NCBI GenBank assembly: GCA_964016885.1
Contig: OZ024740.1
Span: forward strand, 48,298,001 to 48,362,000
Direction of reading: 5' to 3'
Length of the DNA: 64,000 nt
Source of the DNA: Eledone cirrhosa
Lineage: Eukaryota
This document shows positions 1 through 15,000 of the stretch, in pieces. The position numbers were made by a program, and so were the translations under genes. The stretch's first letter is position 1; each line of letters starts with the position of its first letter. Under the pieces are notes generated by a model. The model was not told the origin of the DNA. It ran no database searches and was given only the letters and a program-made list of their open reading frames with translations.

Positions 1-3000
1 CTTCCATTACTCCCTCCACCACTGTCTCAACCTTCCAGTACTCCCTCCATCACTGTCTCTATCTTCCAGTACTCTCTTCATCACTGTCTCTCTATCCGAT
101 TACTCCCTCCACCACTGTCTCTCTTCCAATACTCCCTCCATCACTGTCACTCTCTTCCTGTACTATCTTCATCGCTGTCTCTCTTCCACTATTCCCTCCA
201 GCACTGTCTTTCTCTTCAGGTACTCCCTCCATCACTCTCTCTCTCTCTCTCTTCCAGTACTGCCTCCATCACTGCCTCTCTCTTATAGCAATCCCTCTAA
301 CACTGTCTCTCTCTTCCAGTACTCCCTCCATCACTGTGTCTCTCTTCCAGTACTCCCTCTAACACTTCTCTATCTTACAGTACTCCCTCCATCACAGTCT
401 CTCTCTTCCAGTACTCGGTCCAACACTGTCTCTATCTTCCAGTACTCCCACCAACACTCTCTCTCTTCCAGTACTCCCTTCATCACTGTCTCTCTCTTCC
501 AGTACTCACTCATCACTGTCTGTGCCTTCCAGTACTCCCTCAATCACTGTCTCTCTCTTCCAGTAATCCCTCCACCACTGTCTCTATCTCCCAGTACTCC
601 CTCCAACACTGTCTCTCTCTTCCAGTACTCCATCCAACACTGTCTCTATCTTCCAGTACTCCCTCCATCACTGTCTCTCTCTTCCAGTACTCCCTCCATC
701 ACGGTCTCTCTATTCCAGTACTCCCTCCAACATTGTCTCTATCTTCCAGTACTCCCTCCAACACTGTCTCTATCTTCCAGTACTCACTCTAACACTTGTC
801 TATCTTCCAGTACTCCCTCCAACACTGTCTCTCTCTTCCAGTACTCCCTGCAGCACTGTCTCTCTCTTCCAGTACTCTCTCCAACACTGTCTCTATCTTC
901 CAGTACTCCCTCCATCACCGTCTCGCTCTTCCAGTATTCCCGCTAACACTTGTCTATCTTCCAGTACTCCCTCCAACACTGTCTCTCTTTTCCAGTACTC
1001 CCTCCATAACTGTGTCTCTTTTCCAGTAATCCCTCCATCACTGTCTCTGTTCCTGCTACTCCCTCCAGCACTGTCTCTAACTTCCAGTACTCCCTCCACC
1101 ACGGTCTCTCTTTTCTAGTACTCCCTCCATCACTGTCTCTCTCTTCCATTACTCCCTCCATCACTGTCTCTCTCTTCCAGTACTCCCTCCAACACTGTCT
1201 CTATCTTCCAGTACTCCCTCCACCACAGTCTCTCTCTTCCATTACTCCCTCCACCACTGTCTCTTCCAGTACTCCCTCCAACACTGTCTCTATCTTCCAG
1301 TACTCCCTCCACCACTTTCTCTCTCTTCCATTACTCCCTCCACCACTGTCTCTCTTCCAGTACTCCCTCCAACACTGTCTCTCTTTTCCAGTACTCCCTC
1401 CATAACTGTGTCTCTTTTCCAGTAATCCCTCCATCACTGTCTCTGTTCTTGCTACTCCCTCCAGCACTGTCTCTAACTTCCAGTACACCCTCCACCACGG
1501 TCTCTCTTTTCTAGTACTCCCTCCATCACTGTCTCTCTCTTCAAAGTACTCCCTGCAACACAGTCTCTTTCCTCCAGTACTCCCCCCATCACTGCCTCTC
1601 ACTTCCAGTACTCCCTCCATCACTGTCTCTCTCTTCCAGTACTCTCTCCATCATTGTCTCTCTCTCTTCCAGTACTACCCACAACACTCTCTCTATCTTC
1701 CTGTACTCCCTCCACCACTGTCTCTCTTCCGTTACACCCTCCAGCACAGTCTCTAACTTCCAGTACTCCCTCCACCACGGTCTCTCTTTTCTAGTACTCC
1801 CTCCATCACTGTCTCCGTCTTCCAGTACTCCCTCCAACACAGTCTCTCTCTTCCAGTACTCTCTCCAACACTGTCTCGCTTTTCCAGTACTACCTCCATC
1901 ACTGTCTCTAACTTCCAGTACTCCCTCCAGCACTGTCTCTCTCTTCCAGTACTCCCGCCAACACTGTCTTTATCTTGCAATACTCCCGGCAGCACTGTCT
2001 GTCTTCCAGTACTCCCTCCACCACTGTCTCTCTTCCAGTACTCCCTCCACCACTGTCTCTATCTTACAGTACTCCCTCCATCACTGTCTCTCTCTTCCAG
2101 TACTCCCTCCATCATATTCTCTCTCTTCCAGTGCTCCCTACAACACTGTCTCTATCTTCCAGTATTCCCTCCAGCACTGTGTCTCTTCCAGTACTCCCTC
2201 CACCACTGTCTCTCTGTTCCAGTCCGCCCTCCACCACTGTCTCTCTCTTCCAGTACTCCCTCCATCACTGTCTCTCTCTTCGAGTACTCCCTCCAACACT
2301 GTCTCTCTCTTCCAGTACTCCCCCAACACTGTCTCTATCTTCCAGTACTCCCTCCACCACTGTCCTCTCTTCCATTACTCCCTCCACAACTGTCTCTCTC
2401 TTGCAGTACTCCCTCCAACACTGTCTCTATCTTCCAGTATTCCCTCCATCACTGTCTCTATCTTCCAGTATTCCCTCCAGCACTGTGTCTCTGCCAGTAC
2501 TCACTCCACCACTGTCTCTCTCTTCCAGTACTCCCTCCATCACTGTCTCTCTCTTCCAGTACTCCCTCCAACACTGTCTGTCTCTTCCAGTACTCCCCCA
2601 ACACTGTCTCTATCTTCCAGTACTCCCTCCATCACTTTCTCTCTTCCAGTACTCCCTCCATCACTGTCTCTATCTTCCAGTACTCCCTCCAACACTGTCT
2701 CTATCTTCCAGTACTCCCTCCACCACTGTCTTTATCTTCCAGTACTCCCTCCATCACTGTCTCTCTTCCAGTACTCCCTCCATCACTGTCTTTCTCTTCC
2801 AGTACTCCCTCCAACACTGTCTCTATCTTCCAGTACTCCCTCCACCACAGTCTCTATCTTCCAGTACTCCCTCCATCACTGTCTCTCTTTTCTAGTACTC
2901 CCTGCAGCACTGTCTCTCTTCCAGTACTCCCTCCACCACTGTCTCTCATACAATACTCCCTCCAACACCGTCTCTCTTTTCCAGTACTCCCTCCATAACT

Positions 3001-6000
3001 GTCTCTCTTTTCCAGTACTCCCTCCATCACTGTCTCTGTTCCTGCTACTCCCTCCAGCACTGTCTCTAATTTCAAGTAGTCCCTCCATCACTGTCTCTAT
3101 CTTCCAGTACTCCCTCCAACACAGTCTCTATCCCCCAGTACTCCCCCCATCACTGCCTCTCTTCCAGTACTCCCTCCATCACTGTCTCTCTCTTCCAGTA
3201 CTCCCTCCATCACTGTCTCTCTCTTCCAGTACTCCCTCCAACACTGCCTCTATCTTCCAGTATTCCCTCCAGCACTGTGTCTCTTCCAGTACTCCCTCCA
3301 CCACTGTCTCTCTCTTCCAGTACTCCCTCCACCACTGTCTCTCTCTTCCAGTACTCCCTCCATCACTGTCTCTCTCTTCCAGTACTCCCTCCAACACTGT
3401 CTCTCTCTTCCAGTACACCGCCAAAAGTGTCTCTCTCTTCTATAACTCACTCCACAACTGTCTCTCTCTTCCAGTACTCCCTCCAACACTGTCTCTATCT
3501 TCCGGTATTCCCTCCAGCACTGTGTCTCTTCCAGTACACCCTCCACCACTGTCTCTCTCTTCCAGTACTCCCTCCACCACTGTCTCAATCTTCCAGTACT
3601 CCCTCCATCACTGTCTCTCTCTTCCAGGACTCACTCCATCACTGTCTCTCTTTTCCAGTACTCCCTGCAGCACTGTCTCTCTTCCAGTACTCCTTCTACC
3701 ACTGTCTCTCTCTTCCATGACTCCCTCCACCACTGTCTCTCATCCAATACTCCCTCCAACACTGTCTCTCTTTTCCAGTACTCCCTCCATAACTGTGTCT
3801 CTTTTCCAGTAATCCCTCCATCACTGTCTCTGTTCCTGCTACTCCCTCCAGCACTGTCTTTAACTTCCAGTACTCCCTCCACCACGGTCTCTCTTTTCTA
3901 GTACTCCCTCCATCACTGTCTCTCTCTTCCATTACTACCTCCATCACTGTCTCTCTCTTCCAGTACTCCCTCCAACACTGTCTCTATCTTCCAGTACTCC
4001 CTCCACCACAGTCTCTCTCGTCCATTACTCCCTCCACCACTGTCTCTTCCAGTACTCCCTCCAACACTGTCTCTATCTTCCAGTACTCCCTCCACCACTT
4101 TCTATCTCTTCCATTACTCCCTCCACCACTGTCTCTCTTCCAGTACTCCCTCCAACACTGTCTCTCTTTTCCAGTACTCCCTCCATAACTGTGTCTCTTT
4201 TCCAGTAATCCCTCCATCACTGTCTCTGTTCTTGCTACTCCCTCCAGCACTGTCTCTAACTTCCAGTACTCCCTCCACCACGGTCTCTCTTTTCTAGTAC
4301 TCCCTCCATCACTGTCTCTCTCTTCCAGTACTCCCTGCAACACAGTCTCTTTCCTCCAGTACTCCCCCCATCACTGCCTCTCACTTCCAGTACTCCCTCC
4401 ATCACTGTCTCTCTCTTCCAGTACTCTCTCCATCATTGTCTCTCTCTCTTCCAGTACTACCCCCAACACTGTCTCTATCTTCCTGTACTCCCTCCACCAC
4501 TGTCTCTCTTCCGTTACACCCTCCAGCACAGTCTCTAACTTCCAGTACTCCCTCCACCACGGTCTCTCTTTTCTAGTACTCCCTCCATCACTGTCTCCGT
4601 CTTCCAGTACTCCCTCCAACACAGTCTCTCTCTTCCAGTACTCCCTCCAACACTGTCTCGCTTTTCCAGTACTTCCTCCATCACTGTCTCTAACTTCCAG
4701 TACTCCCTCCAGCACTGTCTCTCTCTTCCAGTACTCCCGCCAACACTGTCTTTATCTTGCAATACTCCCGGCAGCACTGTCTGTCTTCCAGTACTCCCTC
4801 CACCACTGTCTCTCTCTCTTCCATGAATCCCTCCACCACTGTTTCTCTTCCAGTACTCCCTCCACCACTGTCTCTATCTTACAGTACTCCCTCCATCACT
4901 GTCTCTCTCTTCCAGTACTCCCTCCATCACATTCTCTCTCTTCCAGTGCTCCCTCCAACACTGTCTCTATCTTCCAGTATTCCCTCCAGCACTGTGTCTC
5001 TTCCAGTACTCCCTCCACCACTGTCTCTCTGTTCCAGTCCGCCCTCCACCACTGTCTCTCTCTTCCAGTACTCCCTCCATCACTGTCTCTCTCTTCGAGT
5101 ACTCCCTCCAACACTGTCTCTCTCTTCCAGTACTCCCCCAACACTGTCTCTATCTTCCAGTACTCCCTCCACCACTGTCCTCTCTTCCATTACTCCCTCC
5201 ACAACTGTCTCTCTCTTCCAGTACTCCCTCCAACACTGTCTCTATCTTCCAGTATTCCCTCCATCACTGTCTCTATCTTCCAGTATTCCCTCCAGCACTG
5301 TGTCTCTTCCAGTACTCACTCCACCACTGTCTCTCTCTTCCAGTACTCCCTCCATCACTGTCTCTCTCTTCCAGTACTCCCTCCAACACTGTCTATCTCT
5401 TCCAGTACTCCCCCAACACTGTCTCTATCTTCCAGTACTCCCTCCATCACTTTCTCTCTTCCAGTACTCCCTCCATCACTGTCTCTATCTTCCAGTACTC
5501 CCTCCAACACTGTCTCTATCTTCCAGTACTCCCTCCACCAGAGTCTCTATCTTCCAGTACTCCCTCCATCACTGTCTCTCTTTTCTAGTACTCCCTGCAG
5601 CACTGTCTCTCTTCCAGTACTCCCTCCACCACTGTCTCTCATACAATACTCCCTCCAACACCGTCTCTCTTTTCCGGTACTCCCTCCATAACTGTCTCTC
5701 TTTTCCAGTACTCCCTCCATCACTGTCTCTGTTCCTGCTACTCCCTCCAGCACTGTCTCTAATTTCCAGTAGTCCCTCCATCACTGTCTCTATCTTCCAG
5801 TACTCCCTCCAACACAGTCTCTATCCTCCAGTACTCCCCCCATCACTGCCTCTCTTCCAGTACTCCCTCCATCACTGTCTCACTCTTCCAGTACTCTCTC
5901 CATCACTGTCTCTCTCTCTTCCAGTACTCCCCCCAACACTGTCTCTATCTTCCAGTACTCCCTCCATCACTGTCTCTCTCTTCCAGTACTCCCTCCAACA

Positions 6001-9000
6001 CGGTCTCTCTCTTCCAGTACTCCATCCATCACTGTCTCTCTCTTCCAGTACTCCCTCCATCACTGTCTCTCTCTTCCAGTACTCCCTCCAACACTGTCTC
6101 TATCTTCCAGTATTCCCTCCAGCACTGTGTCTCTTCCAGTACTCCCTCCACCACTGATTCTCTCTTCCAGTACTCCCTCCACCACTGTCTCTATCTTCCA
6201 GTACTCCCTCCATCACTGTCTCTCTCTTCCAGGACTCACTCCATCACTGTCTCTCTTTTCCAGTACTCCCTGCAGCACTGTCTCTCTTCCAGTACTCCTT
6301 CTACCACTGTCTCTCTCTTCCATGACTCCCTCCACCACTGTCTCTCATCCAATACTCCCTCCAACACTGTCTCTCTTTTCCAGTACTCCCTCCATAACTG
6401 TGTCTCTTTTCCAGTAATCCCTCCATCACTGTCTCTGTTCCTGCTACTCCCTCCAGCACTGTCTCTAACTTCCAGTACTCCCTCCACCACGGTCTCTCTT
6501 TTCTAGTACTCCCTCCATCACTGTCTCTCTCTTCCATTACTCCCTACTTCACTGCCTCTCTCTTCCAGTACTCCCTCCAACACTGTCTCTATCTTCCAGT
6601 ACTCCCTCCACCACAGTCTCTCTCGTCCATTACTCCCTCCACCACTGTCTCTTCCAGTACTCCCTCCAACACTGTCTCTATCTTCCAGTACTCCCTCCAC
6701 CGCTTTCTCTCTCTTCCATTACTCCCTCCACCACTGTCTCTCTTCCAGTACTCCCTCCAACACTGTCTCTCTTTTCCAGTACTCCCTCCATAACTGTGTC
6801 TCTTTTCCAGTAATCCCTCCATCACTGTCTCTGTTCTTGCTACTCCCTCCAGCACTGTCTCTAACTTCCAGTACTCCCTCCACCACGGTCTCTCTTTTCT
6901 AGTACTCCCTCCATCACTGTCTCTCTCTTCCAGTACTCCCTGCAACACAGTCTCTTTCCTCCAGTACTCCCCCCATCACTGCCTCTCACTTCCAGTACTC
7001 CCTCCATCACTGTCTCTCTCTTCCAGTACTCTCTCCATCATTGTCTCTCTCTCTTCCAGTACTACCCCCAACACTGTCTCTATCTTCCTGTACTCCCTCC
7101 ACCACTGTCTCTCTTCCGTTACACCCTCCAGCACAGTCTCTAACTTCCAGTACTCCCTCCACCACTGTCTCTCTCTTCCAGTACTCCCTCCATCACTGTC
7201 TCTCTCTTCCAGTACTCCCTCCAACACTGTCTATCTCTTCCAGTACTCCCCCAACACTGTCTCTATCTTCCAGTACTCCCTCCATCACTTTCTCTCTTCC
7301 AGTACTCCCTCCATCACTGTCTCTATCTTCCAGTACTCCCTCCAACACTGTCTCTATCTTCCAGTACTCCCTCCACCAGAGTCTCTATCTTCCAGTACTC
7401 CCTCCATCACTGTCTCGCTTTTCTAGTACTCCCTGCAGCACTGTCTCTCTTCCAGTACTCCCTCCACCACTGTCTCTCATACAATACTCCCTCCAACACC
7501 GTCTCTCTTTTCCAGTACTCCCTCCATAACTGTCTCTCTTTTCCAGTACTCCCTCCATCACTGTCTCTGTTCCTGCTACTCCCTCCAGCACTGTCTCTAA
7601 TTTCCAGTAGTCCCTCCATCACTGTCTCTATCTTCCAGTACTCCCTCCAACACAGTCTCTATCCTCCAGTACTCCCCCCATCACTGCCTCTCTTCCAGTA
7701 CTCCCTCCATCACTGTCTCACTCTTCCAGTACTCTCTCCATCACTGTCTCTCTCTCTTCCAGTACTCCCCCCAACACTGTCTCTATCTTCCAGTACTCCC
7801 TCAATCACTGTCTCTCTCTTCCAGTACTCCCTCCAACACGGTCTCTCTCTTCCAGTACTCCATCCATCACTGTCTCTCTCTTCCAGTACTCCCTCCATCA
7901 CTGTCTCTCTCTTCCAGTACTCCCTCCAACACTGTCTCTATCTTCCAGTATTCCCTCCAGCACTGTGTCTCTTCCAGTACTCCCTCCAGCACTGATTCTC
8001 TCTTCCAGTACTCCCTCCACCACTGTCTCTCTCTTCCAGTACTCCCTCCATCACTGTCTCTCTCTTCCAGTACTCCCTCCAACACTGTCTCTCTCTTCCA
8101 GTACACCGGCAAAACTGTCTCTCTCTTCCATAACTCCCTCCACAACTGTCTCTCTCTTCCAGTACTCCCTCCAACACTGTCTCTATCTTCCGGTATTCCC
8201 TCCAGCACTGTATCTCTTCCAGTACTCCCTCCACCACTGTCTCTCTCTTCCAGTACTCCCTCCACCACTGTCTCTATCTTCCAGTACTCCCTCCATCACT
8301 GTCTCTCTCTTCCAGGACTCACTCCATCACTGTCTCTCTTTTCCAGTACTCCCTGCAGCACTGTCTCTCTTCCAGTACTCCTTCTACCACTGTCTCTCTC
8401 TTCCATGACTCCCTCCACCACTGTCTCTCATCCAATACTCCCTCCAACACTGTCTCTCTTTTCCAGTACTCCCTCCATAACTGTGTCTCTTTTCCAGTAA
8501 TCCCTCCATCACTGTCTCTGTTCCTGCTACTCCCTCCAGCACTGTCTCTAACTTCCAGTACTCCCTCCACCACGGTGTCTCTTTTCTAGTACTCCCTCCA
8601 TCACTGTCTCTCTCTCTTCCATTACTCCCTCCATCACTGTCGCTCTCTTCCATTACTCCCTCCAGCACTGTCTCTAACTTCCAGTACTCCCTCCACCACG
8701 GTCTCTCTTTTCTAGTACTCCCTCCATCACTGTCTGTCTCTTCAGGTACTCCCTCCAACACAGTCTCTCTCTTCCAGTACGCCCTCCAACACTGTCTCTA
8801 TCTTCCAGTACTCCCTCCACCACTTTCTCTCTCTTCCATTACTCCCTCCACCACTGTCTCTCTTCCAGTACTCCCTCCAACACTGTCTCTCTTTTCCAGT
8901 ACTCCCTCCATAACTGTGTCTCTTTTCCAGTAATCCCTCCATCACTGTCTCTGTTCTTGCTACTCCCTCCAGCACTGTCTCTAACTTCCAGTACACCCTC

Positions 9001-12000
9001 CACCACGGTCTCTCTTTTCTAGTACTCCCTCCATCACTGTCTCTCTCTTCCAGTACTCCCTGCAACACAGTCTCTTTCCTCCAGTACTCCCCCCAACACT
9101 GCCTCTCACTTCCAGTACTCCCTCCATCACTGTCTCTCTCTTCCAGTACTCTCTCCATCATTGTCTCTCTCTCTTCCAGTACTACCCCCAACACTGTCTC
9201 TATCTTCCTGTACTCCCTCCACCACTGTCTCTCTTCCGTTACACCCTCCAGCACAGTCTCTAACTTCCAGTACTCCCTCCACCACGGTCTCTCTTTTCTA
9301 GTACTCCCTCCATCACTGTCTCCGTCTTCCAGTACTCCCTCCAACACAGTCTCTCTCTTCCAGTACTCCCTCCAACACTGTCTCGCTTTTCCAGTACTAC
9401 CTCCATCACTGTCTCTAACTTCCAGTACTCCCTCCAGCACTGTCTCTCTCTTCCAGTACTCCCGCCAACACTGTCTTTATCTTGCAATACTCCCGGCAGC
9501 ACTGTCTGTCTTCCAGTACTCCCTCTACCACTGTCTCTCTTCCAGTACTCCCTCCACCACTGTCTCTATCTTACAGTACTCCCTCCATCACTGTCTCTCT
9601 CTTCCAGTACTCCCTCCATCACATTCTCTCTCTTCCAGTGCTCCCTCCAACACTGTCTCTATCTTCCAGTATTCCCTGCAGCACTGTGTCTCTTCCAGTA
9701 CTCCCTCCACCACTGTCTCTTTGTTCCAGTCCGCCCTCCACCACTGTCTCTCTCTTCCAGTACTCCCTCCATCACTGTCTCTCTCTTCGAGTACTCCCTC
9801 CAACACTGTCTCTCTCTTCCAGTACTCCCCCAACACTGTCTCTATCTTCCAGTACTCCCTCCACCACTGTCCTCTCTTCCATTACTCCCTCCACAACTGT
9901 CTCTCTCTTGCAGTACTCCCTCCAACACTGTCTCTATCTTCCAGTATTCCCTCCATCACTGTCTCTATCTTCCAGTATTCCCTCCAGCACTGTGTCTCTT
10001 CCAGTACTCACTCCACCACTGTCTCTCTCTTCCAGTACTCCCTCCATCACTGTCTCTCTCTTCCAGTACTCCCTCCAACACTGTCTGTCTCTTCCAGTAC
10101 TCCCCCAACACTGTCTCTATCTTCCAGTACTCCCTCCATCACTTTCTCTCTACCAGTACTCCCTCCATCACTGTCTCTATCTTCCAGTACTCCCTCCAAC
10201 ACTGTCTTTATCTTCCAGTACTCCCTCCATCACTGTCTCTCTTCCAGTACTCCCTCCATCACTGTCTTTCTCTTCCAGTACTCCCTCCAACACTGTCTCT
10301 ATCTTCCAGTACTCCCTCCACCACAGTCTCTATCTTCCAGTACTCCCTCCATCACTGTCTCTCTTTTCTAGTACTCCCTGCAGCACTGTCTCTCTTCCAG
10401 TACTCCCTCCACCACTGTCTCTCATACAATACTCCCTCCAACACCGTCTCTCTTTTCCAGTACTCCCTCCATAACTGTCTCTCTTTTCCAGTACTCCCTC
10501 CATCACTGTCTCTGTTCCTGCTACTCCCTCCAGCACTGTCTCTAATTTCAAGTAGTCCCTCCATCACTGTCTCTATCTTCCAGTACTCCCTCCAACACAG
10601 TCTCTATCCCCCAGTACTCCCCCCATCACTGCCTCTCTTCCAGTACTCCCTCCATCACTGTCTCTCTCTTCCAGTACTCTCTCCATCACTGTCTCTCTCT
10701 CTTCCAGTACTTCCCCCAACACTGTCTCTATCTTCCAGTACTCCCTCCATCACTGTCTCTCTCTTCCAGTACTCCCTCCAACACGGTCTCTCTCTTCCAG
10801 TACTCCCTCCATCACTGTCTATCTCTTCCAGTACTCCATCCATCACTGTCTCTCTCTTCCAGTACTCCCCCAACACTGTCACTATCTTCCAGTATTCCCT
10901 CCAGCACTGTGTCTCTTACAGTACTCCCTCCACCACTGTCTCTCTCTTCCAGTACTCCCTCCACCACTGTCTCTCTCTTCCAGTACTCCCTCCATCACTG
11001 TCTCTCTCTTCCAGTACTCCCTCCAACACTGTCTCTCTCTTCCAGTACACCGCCAAAACTGTCTCTCTCTTCCATAACTCACTCCACAACTGTCTCTCTC
11101 TTCCAGTACTCCCTCCAACACTGTCTCTATCTTCCGGTATTCCCTCCAGCACTGTGTCTCTTCCAGTACACCCTCCACCACAGTCTCTCTCTTCCAGTAC
11201 TCCCTCCACCACTGTCTCTATCTTCCAGTACTCCCTCCATCACTGTCTCTCCCTTCCAGGACTCACTCCATCACTGTCTCTCTTTTCCAGTACTCCCTGC
11301 AGCACTGTCTCTCTTCCAGTACTCCTTCTACCACTGTCTCTCTCTTCCATGACTCCCTCCACCACTGTCTCTCATCCAATACTCCCTCCAACACTGTCTC
11401 TCTTTTCCAGTACTCCCTCCATAACTGTGTCTCTTTTCCAGTAATCCCTCCATCACTGTCTCTGTTCCTGCTACTCCCTCCAGCACTGTCTCTAACTTCC
11501 AGTACTCCCTCCACCACGGTCTCTCTTTTCTAGTACTCCCTCCATCACTGTCTCTCTCTTCCATTACTCCCTCCATCACTGTCTCTCTCTTCCAGTACTC
11601 CCTCCAACACTGTCTCTATCTTCCAGTACTCCCTCCACCACAGTCTCTCTCGTCCATTACTCCCTCCACCACTGTCTCTTCCAGTACTCCCTCCAACACT
11701 GTCTCTATCTTCCAGTACTCCCTCCACCACTTTCTCTCTTTTCCATTACTCCCACCACCACTGTCTCTTTTCCAGTAATCCCTCCATCACTGTCTCTGTT
11801 CTTGCTACTCCCTCCAGCACTGTCTCTAACTTCCAGTACTCCCTCCACCACGGTCTCTCTTTTCTAGTACTCCCTCCATCACTGTCTCTCTCTTCCAGTA
11901 CTCCCTGCAACACAGTCTCTTTCCTCCAGTACTCCCCCCATCACTGCCTCTCACTTCCAGTACTCCCTCCATCACTGTCTCTCTCTTCCAGTACTCTCTC

Positions 12001-15000
12001 CATCATTGTCTCTCTCTCTTCCAGTACTACCCCCAACACTGTCTCTATCTTCCTGTACTCCCTCCACCACTGTCTCTCTTCCGTTACACCCTCCAGCACA
12101 GTCTCTAACTTCCAGTACTCCCTCCACCACGGTCTCTCTTTTCTAGTACTCCCTCCATCACTGTCTCCGTCTTCCAGTACTCCCTCCAACACAGTCTCTC
12201 TCTTCCAGTACTCCCTCCAACACTGTCTCGCTTTTCCAGTACTTCCTCCATCACTGTCTCTAACTTCCAGTACTCCCTCCAGCACTGTCTCTCTCTTCCA
12301 GTACTCCCGCCAACACTGTCTTTATCTTGCAATACTCCCGGCAGCACTGTCTGTCTTCCAGTACTCCCTCCACCACTGTCTCTCTCTCTTCCATGAATCC
12401 CTCCACCACTGTTTCTCTTCCAGTACTCCCTCCACCACTGTCTCTATCTTACAGTACTCCCTGCATCACTGTCTCTCTCTTACAGTACTCCCTCCATCAC
12501 ATTCTCTCTCTTCCAGTGCTCCCTCCAACACTGTCTCTATCTTCCAGTATTCCCTCCAGCACTGTGTCTCTTCCAGTACTCCCTCCACCACTGTCTCTCT
12601 GTTCCAGTCCGCCCTCCACCACTGTCTCTCTCTTCCAGTACTCCCTCCATTACTGTCTCTCTCTTCGAGTACTCCCTCCAACACTCTCTCTCTCTTCCAG
12701 TACTCCCCCAACACTGTCTCTATCTTCCAGTACTCCCTCCACCACTGTCCTCTCTTCCATTACTCCCTCCACAACTGTATCTCTCTTCCAGTACTCCCTC
12801 CAACACTGTCTCTATCTTCCAGTATTCCCTCCATCACTGTCTCTATCTTCCAGTATTCCCTCCAGCACTGTGTCTCTTCCAGTACTCACTCCACCACTGT
12901 CTCTCTCTTCCAGTACTCCCTCCATCACTGTCTCTCTCTTCCAGTACTCCCTCCAACACTGTCTATCTCTTCCAGTACTCCCCCAACACTGTCTCTATCT
13001 TCCAGTACTCCCTCCATCACTTTCTCTCTTCCAGTACTCCCTCCATCACTGTCTCTATCTTCCAGTACTCCCTCCAACACTGTCTGTATCTTCCAGTACT
13101 CCCTCCACCACTGTCTTTATCTTCCAGTACTCCCTCCATCACTGTCTCTCTTCCAGTACTCCCTCCATCACTGTCTTTCTCTTCCAGTACTCCATCCAAC
13201 ACTGTCTCTATCTTCCAGTACTCCCTCCACCACAGTCTCTATCTTCCAGTACTCCCTCCATCACTGTCTCTCTTTTCTAGTACTCCCTGCAGCACTGTCT
13301 CTCTTCCAGTACTCCCTCCACCACTGTCTCTCATACAATACTCCCTCCAACACCGTCTCTCTTTTCCAGTACTCCCTCCATAACTGTCTCTCTTTTCCAG
13401 TACTCCCTCCATCACTGTCTCTGTTCCTGCTACTCCTTCCAGCACTGTCTCTAATTTCCAGTAGTCCCTCCATCACTGTCTCTATCTTCCAGTACTCCCT
13501 CCAACACAGTCTCTATCCTCCAGTACTCCCCCCATCACTGCCTCTCTTCCAGTACTCCCTCCATCACTGTCTCTCTCTTCCAGTACTCTCTCCATCACTG
13601 TCTCTCTCTCTTCCAGTACTCCCCCCAACACTGTCTCTATCTTCCAGTACTCCCTCCATCACTGTCTCTCTCTTCCAGTACTCCCTCCAACACGGTCTCT
13701 CTCTTCCAGTACTCCCTCCATCACTGTCTCTCTCTTCCAGTACTCCCTCCATCACTGTCTCTCTCTTCCAGTACTCCCTCCAACACTGTCTCTATCTTCC
13801 AGTATTCCCTCCAGCACTGTGTCTCTTCCAGTACTCCCTCCACCACTGTCTCTCTCTTCCAGTACTCCCTCCACCACTGTCTCTCTCTTCCAGTACTCCC
13901 TCCAACACTGTCTCTCTCTTCCAGTACACCGCCAAAACTGTCTCTCTCTTCCAGTACTCCCTCCAACACTGTCTCTATCTTCCGGTATTCCCTCCAGCAC
14001 TGTGTCTCTTCCAGTACTCCCTCCACCACTGTCTCTCTCTTACAGTACTCCCTCCACCACTGTCTCTATCTTCCAGTACTCCCTCCATCACTGTCTCTCT
14101 CTTCCAGGTCTCACTCCATCACTGTCTCTCTTTTCCAGTACTCCCTCCATAACTGTGTCTCTTTTCCAGTAATCCCTCCATCACTGTCTCTGTTCCTGCT
14201 ACTCCCTCCAGCACTGTCTCTAACTTCCAGTACTCCCTCCCCACGGTCTCTCTTTTCTAGTACTCCCTCCATCACTGTCTCTCTCTTCCATTACTCCCTC
14301 CATCACTGTCTCTCTCTTCCAGTACTCCCTCCATCACTTTCTCTCTTCCAGTACTCCCTCCAACACTGTCTCTATCTTCCAGTACTCCCTCCACCACAGT
14401 CTCTATCTTGCAGTACTCCCTCCATCACTGTCTCTCTTCCAGTACTCCCTCCATCACTGTCTCTCTTCCAGTACTCCCTCCATCACTGTCTTTCTCTTCC
14501 AGTACTCCCTCCAACACTGTCTCTATCGTCCAGTACTCCCTCCACCACAGTCTCTATCTTCCAGTACTCCCTCCATCACTGTCTCTCTTTTCCAGTAATC
14601 CCTGCAGCACTGTCTCTATTCCAGTACTCCCTCTACCACTGTCTCTCTCTTCCATGACTCCCTCCACCACTGTCTCTCATACAATACTCCCTCCAACACC
14701 GTCACTCTTTTCCAGTACTCCCTCCATAACTGTCTCTCTTTTCCAGTACTCCCTCCATCACTGTCTCTGTTCCTGCTACTCCCTCCAGCACTGTCTCTAA
14801 CTTCCAGTAGTCCCTCCACCACGGTCTCTCTTTTCTACTACTCCCTCCATCACTGTCGCTCTCTTCCAGTACTCTCTCCATCACTATCACTCTCTCTTCC
14901 AGTACTCCCCCAACACTGTCTCTATCTTCCAGTACTCCCTCCACCACTGTCTCTCTTCCATTACTCCCTCCAGCACTGTCTCTAACTTCCAGTACTCCCT

